Shown piece after piece: positions 21,621 to 32,769 of a stretch of 64,000 bases of DNA. Below the pieces are notes generated by a model. It saw only the letters and a list, made by a program, of their open reading frames with translations, did not search any database and was not told the origin of the DNA. How positions within the stretch are numbered: the stretch's first letter is position 1; every line of letters starts with the position of its first letter. This stretch comes from Neophaeotheca triangularis (lineage: Eukaryota). Location: the NCBI GenBank assembly GCA_054600435.1, contig BAAIJX010000007.1, forward strand, positions 434,001 to 498,000, in the 5' to 3' direction. The position numbers were made by a program, and so were the translations under genes.

Positions 21621-22691
21621 ATGACACGGCCATCCTCGTCCTTGTTCTCGGTCCAAGATATTCAAGGTGCCGGGAGAGGTGTCGTCGCGCGCTGCACAAT
21701 CCGACCCGATTCGCCGATCCTCTCCACCTCCGAGCGCGGACCCCTCGCCGACGTCGTCTTTCGACAGTACAGGAAAGAAGTCTGCGCCTGGTGCTTCTAC
21801 TACGACCGCGGGAGAACATTGCCGGTGCGCGACAACGATTCGGGCAAATTTTTCTGCTCGTCTGAATGCAACGACGCTTGGGTGAATGAGGGGGATGGAC
21901 GCCTCAAGGTTGAGGCTTGGCATGAGGTCGAAACGTTTGTAAAGACGAGGAGCAAAGCCATTACCAATGTTCATGGTCTGGCGGCCACGGGGGACAAGCC
22001 GGGCAAGGAAGCAATAGATGGTACTTGGGAAGAGGCGGAGAACATTGCGGCATTGCAGAGACTCGGTAGGACGTCTAGCGGCGCAAACTCTGGGCCCGGT
22101 ATCAAAGCAGAGAAGCCGTATCGACAAGCTCTACACCACACCTGGACGCAACCGGTAGACCCGGACATACTGGCATTTTTCCTCTCCGGCCTGCTGAGAA
22201 AAAAGACGGCGCCTCAGCAATGGGAGGACGAGGTTAGCGGTCTCGCGCAAGATCCACAACCTTACCGTAGCAACGCTGAGCTGGAAGCGCATTGCAACGC
22301 CTTCCTGCAGCTCACGGCGATCGTACCAACTTCGCTGCTTGGAATCCTGACCCCTCGGCTCTGTCATCGGTTGATTGCCGCTACCAGCCATAACAGCTTT
22401 GGTCTGCACTCCGGGGGTGAGGACGGAGAAGAGTACCTGGGCTATGCTCTCTTCCCCGAAGCCAGCTTTTTCAACCATAGCTGTAGTCCCAATCTGCAGA
22501 AGCTGCGTACGGGTCGGAGATGGGCATTCAGGACAGCATTTGAAGTACCTGCTGGGGAACAACTGTGTATCACCTATCTCGGCGGCGAGGAGAAGCATCT
22601 GAGCGTGGCCGAGAGACGGAACAGGCTGATGACTACATGGGGTTTTGAATGCCAATGCACGCGATGTTGCGAGGAGAGTGCTGTTAACTGA
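21621..22691 (+). CDS. SET-MYND domain lysine methyltransferase (Set6-like)
   Basis: GAGRGVVA, CAWC...FCSSEC, FNHSCSPN, LCITYL and post-SET WGFECQCTRC. Confidence 0.87.
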   Translation: MTRPSSSLFSVQDIQGAGRGVVARCTIRPDSPILSTSERGPLADVVFRQYRKEVCAWCFYYDRGRTLPVRDNDSGKFFCSSECNDAWVNEGDGRLKVEAWHEVETFVKTRSKAITNVHGLAATGDKPGKEAIDGTWEEAENIAALQRLGRTSSGANSGPGIKAEKPYRQALHHTWTQPVDPDILAFFLSGLLRKKTAPQQWEDEVSGLAQDPQPYRSNAELEAHCNAFLQLTAIVPTSLLGILTPRLCHRLIAATSHNSFGLHSGGEDGEEYLGYALFPEASFFNHSCSPNLQKLRTGRRWAFRTAFEVPAGEQLCITYLGGEEKHLSVAERRNRLMTTWGFECQCTRCCEESAVN

Positions 22692-25600
22692 GGGGGCTTA
22701 CTCAGCCTTACTGTCGTCGTTGCGTGCCTGCTGGGTGCTACTAGCACTCGCAAGAACCACGGGCGGAGCTGGTCTCATTGTATGTATGCCAGAGAGCACT
22801 TGGACTGTATTTTTAACCCACCTCGTGTGGCTGTAAAGTCCGCGAAATCGACTCCAACAGGGCTGGCTATAGTGCACATCATGCCTGGCGCTATATAGTA
22901 TGTACAGCTCAGTTATCCCTTACACTCCAGTCATCAGTTGCGCCCCCGCCGGCAACCAAATTCTATCCTTGCCATCTCTATTTCCGAGAGGTGCTCCCGC
23001 TACCTCTTAGATAACCCCTACTACAATAGGAGGGCACATCTTCTAAAACCCTGGAGAGACATGCCTACTATACCCCTCGAGATTCACTTTAAGATGTTCC
23101 TCCCGGAAAAACAGATTGGTTCCAGCCTCTCCGGAATCCAAGCAACGCACGTATGTATACACAGCCGTCCACGTTCCCTCGCAAGGACAGCTATTTCCGG
23201 ACTGAATTAAGATACTCAGCCAGCGGCAAACGACCGAATGCGAGAAGATCAGCCAACTACATGGCGAGGCTGAGAGCAGAAATGGCTGTGGGGGCAGCAG
23301 ACATCAAGCTGCTTGCCTGCTTTTGATGGGGCCGAGGCTGGGGATACTACATACTGCTGGCGAGGGTCATGGTGTTGGGGGAACGGAAGATTGGGTCATG
23401 AGGGAGGAAGATGGTAGCGAGAGTGGTTGGGAAGGGATTTCTGGGCCGTGGAGCGGCTCAAGAAGGACTTGGAAGACGGGTTCGAGAGGGAGTCGTGATG
23501 GGGTAGAATGGGAAGACTAGGATAAGGTAAGGCAATGCACAAGATGACAAGAGTGACTAGACAAAGCCGGGGGATGCTGCTTCTTTCGCGGTGAGCGGGT
23601 TCGGCTTCGGCGTGCGTTGCTAGAGAAAGCCCGGCCGGGCTGCTCGAACAGCAGTGGGATGTTGAGGCATCTATTTCTAACCGCAGTTGTTGTTCCTTGT
23701 CAATAATAGAGTAAGACAAATTTAATCACCATGCGCCAGATCTGAAAACTTGCAGCAACCCGCCACGGTATATATGGATAGCGCTTGAGTAGACTGGGTA
23801 CCTCCTACATAATAAAAGGTAGGTAGGTGGTAGGGACCCAAGGCGCGGAAGGGGCTTGACCGCGTGCGACGCCTACCAGACCACTCGGGTCATGAGGCGT
23901 TGCGGACCTATTGCCGGCTTTTTTGACTGGGCTTCGGTATTGCGACGGACATCACCACGATTGAGTTTGAGGCGCTCGATCGGGGCTGTCTTTCAGCTCG
24001 GCCAAGTTGCGTGTTGCGATAACGTGAGTATGATCTAATGGGCGAGTTTGACCGGTCAAATCTCCTGCGGGGAGAGGAGGAAGAGCCCAGATCGAAACGA
24101 TATTGCTCGCTTACATGGACAGCTGATTGGTGTTTCTCGAAAAGCCGCTAATGCATTGCCTCCCCCCCCCCCTGCCTCACGGGAAAATCGCCAGATGTGG
24201 GTGTCAGCAATTGCGCGGAGTCAGCCTGATCGAGTAATGGGGTGCGGAGTGTAGAAGGAAAGGCATCGAATGGTCAGGTCAGCCTTTTGATATGCGGATG
24301 CGGATGGAAACGTGTGTGAGCCAAACGAAGCCTGCGACAGATCGATCGAGGACGACCCAGGGGCCAGGCAGGGCAACAACAACCTTGGAACCGGATGGAT
24401 ACGCCCGTCCGATGGCGCTCGTTTCCGGGCGCCCAACCGATGGATGGGAGGCCTGCCTGCTGTGTCAAGAGTCAAGACGTCACCCAGGCGTGCGGTAGAC
24501 AGACACAGACGGATGGGGCTACTTGCAGCTCGGTACGACCAAAAGGTCGTTCTTGATCGGACGTCAACGCGCCGTTTCACGTGCTGCAAAGGTTGTGGTG
24601 GTACACTGGGTAGGTACTGTATGTGCTACACTCACACCACTGGTGGTCTCTTTTTAAGCTTGACTGCAGAGTGTTTTGTTTCCGCGTCCAGAGGTCCACG
24701 TAATCTCGATTTGTCTCTTCCAGACTTATTAAGGTAGAACGTGGAAATTGTCAAGTCAGAACATTGCTGCAGTCGCCGTGTAGAAACCAGTCTCATGGCT
24801 CGTGAGCTTAGGCTACCTACCTATCAGGTACTGGTATTACCAAGTCAATAATACAACCACTCGAAGGGCACCTCAGGAGGGCAGTGGAGATCGACTCGTC
24901 CAGGCCCACGACTCCACGAGAGTCTAGACGGCTGGCCGAGGTCCTCACTCAGCGTGCTGCGTGCTGCCCACGTGGCTCATGCAAGAACAAAAACTTTCCG
25001 CTGCCTCGGCGTGCTGCATTTCGTCGATCCGGTTGAGACCTCCCGAGACGCTACTCGCCTTACACAGGCGGTTTGGTTGGAACGAATGCATTCATGCATG
25101 CATGCATGCATGTTTGTGGTATTTGGGCAATTCAGCTTGATAAGGTATTGCTATGCTAGTATTGCAGTGGCTTGTTTTCTGCAAGACTGCAGAAGTTCAA
25201 TCCGTTCGAACAACGCATATCACATTGGGTGCAAGGATTGCGCGTACGCAACTAACTGCCCGCAATTGTCCGGTACCGTGGGAATTCGCTTGAGACAAGG
25301 TATATATATAAATGAGACTTGACGGTCTATGATTGTTGCAGCCGCAAGTTTACCAAACAGGATGAGGAAAGAAACCAAATAGTCTCCCAATTAAAAAAAA
25401 ACTGCAAATTTCCCGACGCGGTATGTTACAGCTGTAGCCGGTAACAATTTTGGCATCACGCGCTCGACGAATTCGCTGTTGTCAAGTATTACATTTTGTT
25501 GTCGATGGTCAGGGAGCCTTGTATTGATAGTCCCATGGATGATATGGTATAATCGGCCTCCCTAGATTTGCCTTGCTAACATGGCCCGACTTTCCACATG

Positions 25601-27341
25601 CATCTTTGAGAAGCTACCTAGAAGCCTTGCATGCAAGCAGCGAGCTGCGCACCACAAGGTTGAGCACTTGAGACCAAAAAGCAAATAGCCTTGCCCCGAA
25701 TCCCTGGTCCGCAGGCTCGGGGTCTAGGACGCATGGCGACTAGGTAGGCGAAGCACTGAAACGAGAGTTTTGCAGCCGAGCGAGTCAATCAGGCGCTGAT
25801 GACAAGGGCCAGATTAACTTTGTTTTTGCTGCAGCCGCCGGCGGTACGCGCACTCGGGAGGGAGTACTGAGTGCTTAGGTAGTACAGTTAGAAGGATCAC
25901 TCGCGGGGTGTGAGTTCGCCATGCATGCATGCTAGAGAGGTTTGCCTACTCGGTCGCTCGCTCGCTTACAGGATAAAACTTGAGCGGTTAATTAGTAATT
26001 CCCTCAACCGAAGGGAATGGGAGACGGACGGTTTGCTTTTGCTTGCTTTGTTGGTAGAAACGGGAGCGTGTTAATCTTCCCGATGACGGCTTCAGAGCCC
26101 TAGATGTGTTGAACGGTTCCATTGACGTAGCGAGACATTGGGTTTTGGCGGAACACACCTAGGAGAGCAAGATTTGGGGTTTCTGGAGAGCTGCCGACGG
26201 AGGAATTATTAGCAGCCGTGGGCGCTCGGTATCTCATTTGGTTCCCGGCGGCCGCTACAAGTATACGACATGGCTAATAACCCGGAATGACAATGCGACA
26301 AGATTTAAGCAACAATGCTGGCTTTCCCATCATCGTGTGATCGTGTGATGGTGATGGCTGCCAAGGTTCAGCGGTTGCTTGACACTGGATGCCTCGAATA
26401 AGCTATCAATGTAGGCAGCAGGCGAAGTTAGTTGCAAGTATCTATTTATTTGACGTTGGAGGCATGATGGAAGATAAGTTGCCGTGATGTGCGAAGACAC
26501 ATTATCAAGACAAAGGGTGGTAGACTCGTAGGGCGGATACATACCGTACCTACTACGTTCTCTACCTAGGTTAGGCGACTGGAAAGAGTGGTCTGGGCAA
26601 CAAAGCAATGTTTCTTGTTAGGCGTGTACAATGGATGTACATACAGATGTATAGGGATCATTCTAGGCAGATCTGGAACGGGCGCTCAAGCTTCCTAATG
26701 GTCCCGACTGGCACGCTAGAGTTAATTAGACGGGTCCATGTTGCCTGTTGCCTGTCTACTAGTACGGCTGTCTTGGCCGCCCCTTGTTCTGCTCTGGGTA
26801 TAGCCCGCCTGATGAGTGAGTGAGTACCTAGGTACCTATTCCCATGCCCCCCTCCATCCCGTCCCCTGCCCTCCCCTCCCCTCCCCTCCCTCCTTCAGCA
26901 TGCGCCATCACGGCCCCCGGGCCCCCCTCCCATGTTGCTGCTGGCTCGTCGACGCCCGTGCCGCCGTGCGGTGTCTTCCTTTGAATCTTGATGAATTTTA
27001 AGCTATGGCGAGAGCTCGCTCATGCCCGCAGGGAGGGGCCAGAAGCCGCCGCGCCTCGACCGCCATCCCCAGCGCCAGTGGGCCAGGCACCTGAGCTTAA
27101 ACAAAGGATCGCCGCCGAGTCAAAGAAACCCAACCCAACCTAACCTTGACGCCCTCCTCCACACCCACGCACGCACCCACGCACCCACGCACCCACGCAC
27201 GCATACCTAGGTAGGCGACGCGACCTTCGAGACCTTCGACACCGAGCCCTGACTTCTTCGAGTAATAACTCACAACTACAGGTATCGACTCGTCGCCTGC
27301 TGCCTAGATACTCCTTCCTCGACCGACCGATCGACCGACGC

Positions 27342-27409
27342 CAACAACAACAACGACGACGACAAACAACTCCTCCTCCTCCTCCTCCTCCTCCTCCTCC
27401 TCCTCCTCC
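27342..27409. repeat. Compound trinucleotide microsatellite (CAA)n(CGA)n...(CTC)n in the putative leader of the C2H2 gene
   Basis: caacaacaacaacgacgacgacaaacaactcctcctcctcctcctcctcctcctcctcctcctcctccc. Confidence 0.85.
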
Positions 27410-28255
27410 CACCCTGTCGCTGCGCATTAGGTACTCAACGCCGACCAAACGAACCCTCCTATTCCGCCAGCAGCACCAACGTCGCCGTCGCTGTTCCTTC
27501 CATTTCGTTCCAAGCCGTATCCACGCCCTCCCCTCGCAAGCCACATCGCCGTTTCAGGCTTTCTGCCTAACGCCCCCGGCACCCGTGCCATCGAGCCTGC
27601 TCGTCTATCCTCGACAACAAAGAAAGCGCGTAACTAACTGCACCGTCCGCGCTTTCCTCGTGAGACTCTTGTACGACACGGTGCCTGCACGACCGCGCTT
27701 CTGGGTTACCAGATCTCGCAGCCCCATCTCGAGGCTCGCCATAATCCCTCCGATCTAACGCTTGTGCCTCCCCGGCCAATTTCCCCGTTCGCCGGTCCTG
27801 GAACTGCCTGCCTTTGACCACCGCTCTCGCGAAGCCGCCTTGTGACTGCTTGGGGCGTCGCGCATAACGTCGCGTCACTTCGACACCGAATCGGTATTCG
27901 CGCAGCCAGCATCCCGACAGCCATCTTCTTCCACTTCGGCGCGAGCATCCAGCGACTCGGTTCCTGGCTGGAGGTACAAAGGCTTTCGCCATCCAGGGCG
28001 TCGGAATCCTGCAATTCTTTCCCAGCGTCACGATTCTTCACTTCGAATTCCAACAGGAACCATCGTTTTAATTCAGCCGGGAGTCTGTCCCTGCTTGACG
28101 ACCGCCTTTTGTGGCGTCCATCATCTTAAACCCGGGTCACTGGGTCAACGATCATAAACCAGATCCGCCATTTGATCGTACCAATCCCTCGTCCGCTTAC
28201 ACCACCAGTCGATCCTCGTCAGCCTCTGAGCTCACATCTCCCCTAATCGGTCAAC

Positions 28256-29694
28256 GTGGCTGCCGCGGTAGCGTTACTTCCCTCGATGCAGTCTGGTCCG
28301 GAGTTTATGGGTGCGCCATCCAGCTTCACTGCTAGAAGACCCAATGCGTCGACGCTGCCAACATTTGAACTGCCACCTCCCCATCTATCGACGCTTCACC
28401 AAAAGTATCAATCGTTCCCCAACCACCATCCCAACGGACAGACTTCGACAACGTTGACGAGTGTCGGCCAGCTCTTGACCCCACCGAGTAACAACTCCCA
28501 AGACGGCCTGAGCCCGAGCGGATCCGCCTTGAACACGAGCACCTCGTCGATCACCCAGCAAGGCGCCGTGCCACCCTTCACGCCCAACGGTGGTGGAATG
28601 TGGCCACCACCAACCGGGACAACGCCTTATGGGTACCAGTCGGGAGGCAACAACAACAACAACAACGCAAGAACATACAATTCACAACAGCCCATATTCT
28701 CACCTTCGCTGAATTCATTGGTTGGGCAACGCAACAATAATATGCCTGGATCAGCCGAACTACCGCCTCCACCGTTCGAGTACCCTCAATATTCTTCATC
28801 CATGCCAGCGCCCTCGAACCTGCCGACATTGCACACACAGCATCAGTCACAGCAGCAGTCTTCTCAGTCGCAGTCACAATCGCATCAACACCACCAGATG
28901 CTGAGCAACAGTATGATGGGCGCCCAAGCGACAGCTTCATCGGCTGGGACGCAGCCATCAGCGGTAGCTACACAAGGAGCCTTCGAAAGGCCACTACCGA
29001 CTCCGAGCTATTACCATGGTTCTCAATCTTCCTCCACTCCACAACAGTCGAATTTCCCTTACTCTGCCGGTGCCTCGATACAACAATCTCCACTCAGCGC
29101 TGGTGGATCATTGTCGAGAATGTCGCCACACGAAAACCATGGTCAAATACCTCCTGTGCAGACGCAGCCCCCGCAATACCCACAGCATCGACCGTACTCG
29201 TATCCACTGTCTGGACCGGTGTACTCAAATATCAACAATCCACATGGGCAGCTTGCGCTTGTGGGAGGTATGGGACACGGTGTGATGCCGCCATACAACA
29301 GCGGTCACACTGCCCATATGCAAATGTATGGACATCACCCGCCGCAGCCTAGCCAGCAAAACGATCGTCCATTTCGCTGTGATCAATGCCCACAGAGTTT
29401 CAACCGGAATCACGACCTGAAGAGACACAAACGGATACATCTGGCTGTGAAGCCCTTCCCTTGTGGACATTGCGACAAGAGCTTTTCGCGGAAAGACGCA
29501 CTAAAGGTAAGCATTCCGGTCCGTAGCCTTCCAGCTAGAAAGCCCCTACTAACGCTATGCAGCGCCACGTACTAGTAAAAGGGTGTGGCAAGGCGCACGC
29601 TTCCGCTTCCATCCGGGAGCTCGACGGCTCCATCTCCCCAGAGACCAAGACAGAGAGCATAGACACGAGCCCAGTGGTGTCCGCTTCTGCTTGA
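28256..29694 (+). CDS. C2H2 zinc-finger transcription factor (two C-terminal fingers)
   Basis: P/S/Q/N-rich body, then RPFRCDQCPQSFNRNHDLKRHKRIH-LAVKPFPCGHCDKSFSRKDALK|RHVLVKGC; intron 29507-29562. Start is either GTG 28256 or ATG 28286. Confidence 0.88.
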
Positions 29695-30874
29695 GATTCT
29701 CTACACGGCGTTTCGATGCCCTTTTATGTGTGCATGACCACCATCTATACCCTTTTTCTTCCTGCATTGTATCTACCACATGGGATTTATCGCGTTCAAA
29801 GGGGCGAGACGGGACCAGACCGCTCGTGGGCTACGGCGGAACATCTGGCGCATTCACACCCGATGATATGGGAGGCGAGGGCGTTTTGTGGTTCGCAATT
29901 GGACGGTTTGGATACCCAATTTCTAGGCGTCTTAGTTGTCTGAATGGACCAAGGGCTTTGTCCCAATCGATCTGTGTTTTGTTCGATCTTTCCAGTAACC
30001 CTTTCAAGCTTGTATGGGCTTTTGGTGCAGGTTCGCATGAGCAACCGAGTTATGAATACATGTACTACTTCTTATGTATCTACCAGTCTACTGATGTATG
30101 CTATAGTGTTTAAACTGCCTGGCGCCCATGAACATGTAGATTCGCTCCTCCTCGGCGTCTCCGGCAGGGCAATTCGTTTTCTCTGGGTAGTGTCCTTTTG
30201 AGGGGTACTGGTGACTTGATAAGCAGTTCAAGTAGTAGTTCCAAAGTTACACCATCATATGAAAAGTATGATGGGAAGTGAATGGAAACGAGCGAGGAGG
30301 GGATGAACGATTAGTCTACTAGGAAATTGCCTATCAGCACCGTTATATGATTCCCTAGCTCCCCTTGTAAGATTCTCTTCTCTCCAATCCAACACTTCCT
30401 CTCTCTTAGTATCTCTGGAAGTTAACAAAAGTGATAGATTTACATACCAGTCTTAGAAAATATGCATCTCCAATTCGCACCCTAAGCCAGAGCAACCATC
30501 TTATCTTATCACTTATGTCTCTGTTTTATGGCCGTCATCATTGCGTGTGATAGGTACCTGGCAATTGGATCGCATCTTGGGTCGCACGCATCTCCCTGAC
30601 ATGGATGGCAGTTGATATGGAGATCAATGTGAGATGTAGACGTCACATAGATCCGCCGTTGTGCTGGTAGGTATAGCCCAGACAATTATGACCACTACAT
30701 GTCCTTCGGGGGTAACGTGTCTCCCTCGAGGCAACTTGAAAGAAGCTCTCCTTTCTTCTCTCCCGTCTCCTTGATCTAAGTTACTCATCTCTCCTCACTC
30801 ACCTTAGCAAGCCGAAAGTAGCCAACAAAAGCCTCACTTCCGATTATTTCAGACCAAATCACCACCACATCATC

Positions 30875-31640
30875 ATGTCTTCCTCCGCACCAGGCGAGCA
30901 GCATGAAGTGCGCCAGGTCAACGAGACAGAGGACTACACACCCGATCCCTCGAAGTCGCTCCCGCTTTCCCCACAGCGTCAAGCACTCGTGGACGATATC
31001 ATCGCCCTGTACAGCTGCGAACCGACCATCAAGCGCGTAGAGCGCTACACCCCCGACTGCGTCTACGACGACCAGTTTGTTTACGCCAATGACAGATATA
31101 AAATGTAGGCCGTTGACTCCCATGCACCGCCAAAGACCAAAACAAGGACCGTAACTGACCCCACATCACCAGGGCCGGCCAATGGCATGTGAAGCCCATT
31201 CCTAGCCTTTGGAAAGTTGATCTAATTTTGAAAACAGGTTCGCGTTGCCCAAGCTGTTCAAAGAGAGCAAAAACGAACGCTACGAGATCATCAAAAACGA
31301 GGACAACCTGATCCAGTTCAAAAACGAGCAATCATGGACGTTCAAGCTCATCCCCAAGACGGCGACGATCAATGCCCTCGTGTCGTTGAGTTTGGATCCG
31401 GCGACGGTTGATTCGGATTTCATCCAAGTAAAGTACCACAAGGATCAGGCGAACGACAAGGACTATTCGCACGAGGGCGCGGGATTTAGCTTCAAGAAGT
31501 GGCAGGCGGATACTGTGGTGAAGCACATGGATTCCAAGGAGACGCAGTACTTTGAGAAGGACAAGAATGCTGCCAAGGAGGAGGTGAAGAAGTATGGCGC
31601 GGGTGACACTTCCGGGGACGCGCCCAAGACCAGCTACTGA
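30875..31640 (+). CDS. Conserved fungal hypothetical protein, SnoaL/NTF2-like fold suspected
   Basis: Exons 30875-31104, 31173-31184 and 31238-31640 give ...RYTPDCVYDDQFVYANDRYKMAGQWFALPKLF...; the second intron has a GC donor. Confidence 0.75.
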
Positions 31641-31841
31641 GCAGCGGTCGACGACGAGACGGCCGGGGAATGGATGGAACCTGACGAATCAACGACGTAA
31701 CTTGAACAGGGCAAAGCTACAAAGCTACAGCCCGCCCCGATGCATTGAGGTATCATAATACAAAGGGTGCCGAAGTCCCACTCGGCCTCCAGAACCCAGC
31801 TCTCCAACCACGACCACCACAGTCCGTCCGCCCTTGCCATC

Positions 31842-32305
31842 AACGCTTATGCTTCATCTCGTCCACCTTCTGTCCAACCTTCCCAACGCCCGCGGCAAAT
31901 TTCTCGCCCGCGACATCCGCATCTTTGTGAAAGCCAGATCCCCCATGTTCCCTATTCCCCCCCAGCATGTTATCGGCGTACGAGTTGATGCTCTTTCGGA
32001 TATCTTCGCCGGCTTGCTATTGGTACATTTCTTCGTCAGCTCCTCCCGCTACCATTTTTATCGTGCGTGTTGCTTCTTGCTCTCCCTTACCCCTATCTGC
32101 CCAATGCTCGACTTGCTCTTCTCCGCCCCTTTCTGGCCTTCAAGTTCGGACATGGCGGCTGATTCGAGCTACTCGAGCCTGAAGTTGCGAGGGATTTTCT
32201 TCTTTTTCTTTGAATTTACCAAAAGGGGGACCAGTTTGAGCAGGCGGATCTGGGTTTTTGACTGGATGATGCGTGCGAGATCACTTTGGAAGTAGATTCT
32301 ATGCC
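31842..32305 (-). pseudogene. Decayed coding remnant
   Basis: Protein-like minus-strand reading (YFQSDLARIIQSKTQIRLLKL...RLE*LESAAMSELEG; then, in another frame, DEEMYQ*QAGEDIRKSINSYADNML...KVDEMKHKR*) interrupted by TAG stops and a frameshift. Confidence 0.35.
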
Positions 32306-32769
32306 ATTAACCCCAGATTGGAGGCAGGGTCTCTCTCGCTGACAATTTTTGGTTAACGCGACTCAATCGCACTCAGCAGCCCTCGCGCTTGACGTAAAGT
32401 GCTTGTGACGTCATGTTTATTCAATGTATATGGATCCATATATCTTCCAGGTTACCTATGATAAGGTAGGTTAAAGAGAACCGACCGGAAGCGACTTGCC
32501 AATTGACTGCCAGCGATTTGTCTCGAGTCAGTCTCGGCGGCGCTAAGCTCGTTCTTCTCGATATCCCATCGTCGTCGTGAATTCATAAAGGCCGCTCCTG
32601 GCACTGGCAGTGAGCGCCGCTAGGTACTCTCGGCAAAGTCAGGCAGCAGTAAAGCAAGCCTAAGCTAGTAATGAGCCCGCCCAGTCGCTCGCACTGAAGA
32701 TCAATAGCTCGCAAGTAAAACCAAATCAAAATCACACCAGAAAGTCCATGAACCCCCTTCCCGGCCCCC

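Noticed and set aside
23230..23600. Minus-strand signal-peptide-like and CCP..FC segments
   Set aside because: No start codon and several stops; too weak to call even a pseudogene.
25791..25876. Box C/D snoRNA-like arrangement (TGATGA...CTGA with a short terminal stem)
   Set aside because: The C box lacks the purine, the stem relies on G-U pairs, and I recognise no rRNA or snRNA complement; it would need snoscan or Infernal support.
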